Assembly: GCA_051294905.1 (NCBI GenBank)
Contig: CM119378.1
Span: forward strand, 3,722,001-3,786,000
DNA from: Botryllus schlosseri
Taxonomy: Eukaryota
Length of the DNA stretch: 64,000 bases
Reading direction: 5' to 3'
The stretch's first letter is position 1. The number at the start of each line of letters is the position of its first letter. The notes under the pieces were generated by a model. The model searched no databases. It had not been told where the DNA came from and saw only the letters and a list, made by a program, of their open reading frames with translations. Below are positions 63,063-64,000 of this stretch, one piece after another. The position numbers and the translations under genes are program-made.

Positions 63063-64000
63063 CAGGGTCGTAACAGCACTTCGTCAGCCTCCACCCCCAC
63101 CCCCACCCCCCCCACCCCACTCCCCCCCAAAAAAACGTTGGTCTTGGGCCCTCCATAGGATGATAAACCGAACTTCTGGAGGGGGCTCGCGCTCTACGAG
63201 TTTGCCGCTACTTATCATCTACATTTGGGACGGTTTGCTGATTCAGCTTTTCTAGCCTATACGCGCGAAGCGCTAAAAAATTCTATAATTCATGATTTAA
63301 TCGGTCAATATGATCGAGAATAGCATGTATATTGCTATGAATTTTTATCCTCTCTCTGCTCACGTAGTCAGATTTACCGGTAGAGCTGAGTGAGGTGTGT
63401 TTGAAAAGGTAGGATCCCTCAATAATAATAAAATATCTTCGGGCCTATACCCGTTGCTATCAATTTCCTGTCGTTTCTGCTCATGTAATCAGATTTACTG
63501 GTAGAGCTGAGTGAGGTGTCTTGGAAACTGTAGGGCCCGTATATAATAATAAAACATCTTCGGGCGGGCGGACCCCTTGGTATGACTGCGTTACATGATG
63601 TTATTTCGTGACCTCCTGTCTGCTATTTTAAAAAATATAGAATCGCCCAAACGTAGGCTACTTAATTAAAAGACGCACACGACTCCAAATTGGTATTTCT
63701 TCACTGGCATATTATTTTTCCCTGCAGGATGGTATTTGTCTTGTGAGGTTCAGATTGCCAAGACAGGAACATTCGGTGCCAGTCATTTAGGAGCCTATGG
63801 ACGAATAAACCTATATGTATTTTGTAAATATAACGAAGTTTTCGGTCTCCATAAGGGCAGTCCATTTCGGCCACGGTTTTCTCGCTGCCGATCGTTCTTG
63901 GAGTCGCATAGTACATTGCCTAAAACTTCATATGTCTTGGTGCGTCGTGGCGCGGTAATGGCCAGAGCCGATATGCCCATTTCTATAAGTATTTCGTATT
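63063..64000 (+). repeat. Dispersed repeat with a CAGG(G/A)CCGAAACAG-type left end, running off the window
   Basis: The left end and the cagatttaccggtagagctg segment recur at ~29180-29900 and 5448/11236; left-end copies at 12754, ~20480-20535(-) and ~50070-50165(-). Confidence 0.75.

Overview
Eukaryotic, AT-rich animal-type DNA; a marine invertebrate such as a tunicate is plausible but is only an inference. The window is mostly transposable elements. About 20 non-autonomous hAT-type elements have TIRs and 8-bp target-site duplications (TSDs) that can be read directly, and several are nested 3-5 deep. Also present are 5'-truncated L2/CR1/Crack-like and I/Nimb-like LINE fragments, tRNA-derived SINEs, foldback elements, and Penelope-like element (PLE) ends carrying four copies of a minimal hammerhead ribozyme motif. 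Two intron-containing host genes can be pieced together. One is a minus-strand MFSD4/NAGLT1-like MFS transporter (~25.0-31.8 kb). The other is a plus-strand secreted cysteine-containing protein (~48.2-55.4 kb). Both show apparent stops or frameshifts. No prokaryotic operon, rRNA or CRISPR array was seen. All alignments and family assignments were made by eye and from memory, without database searches.
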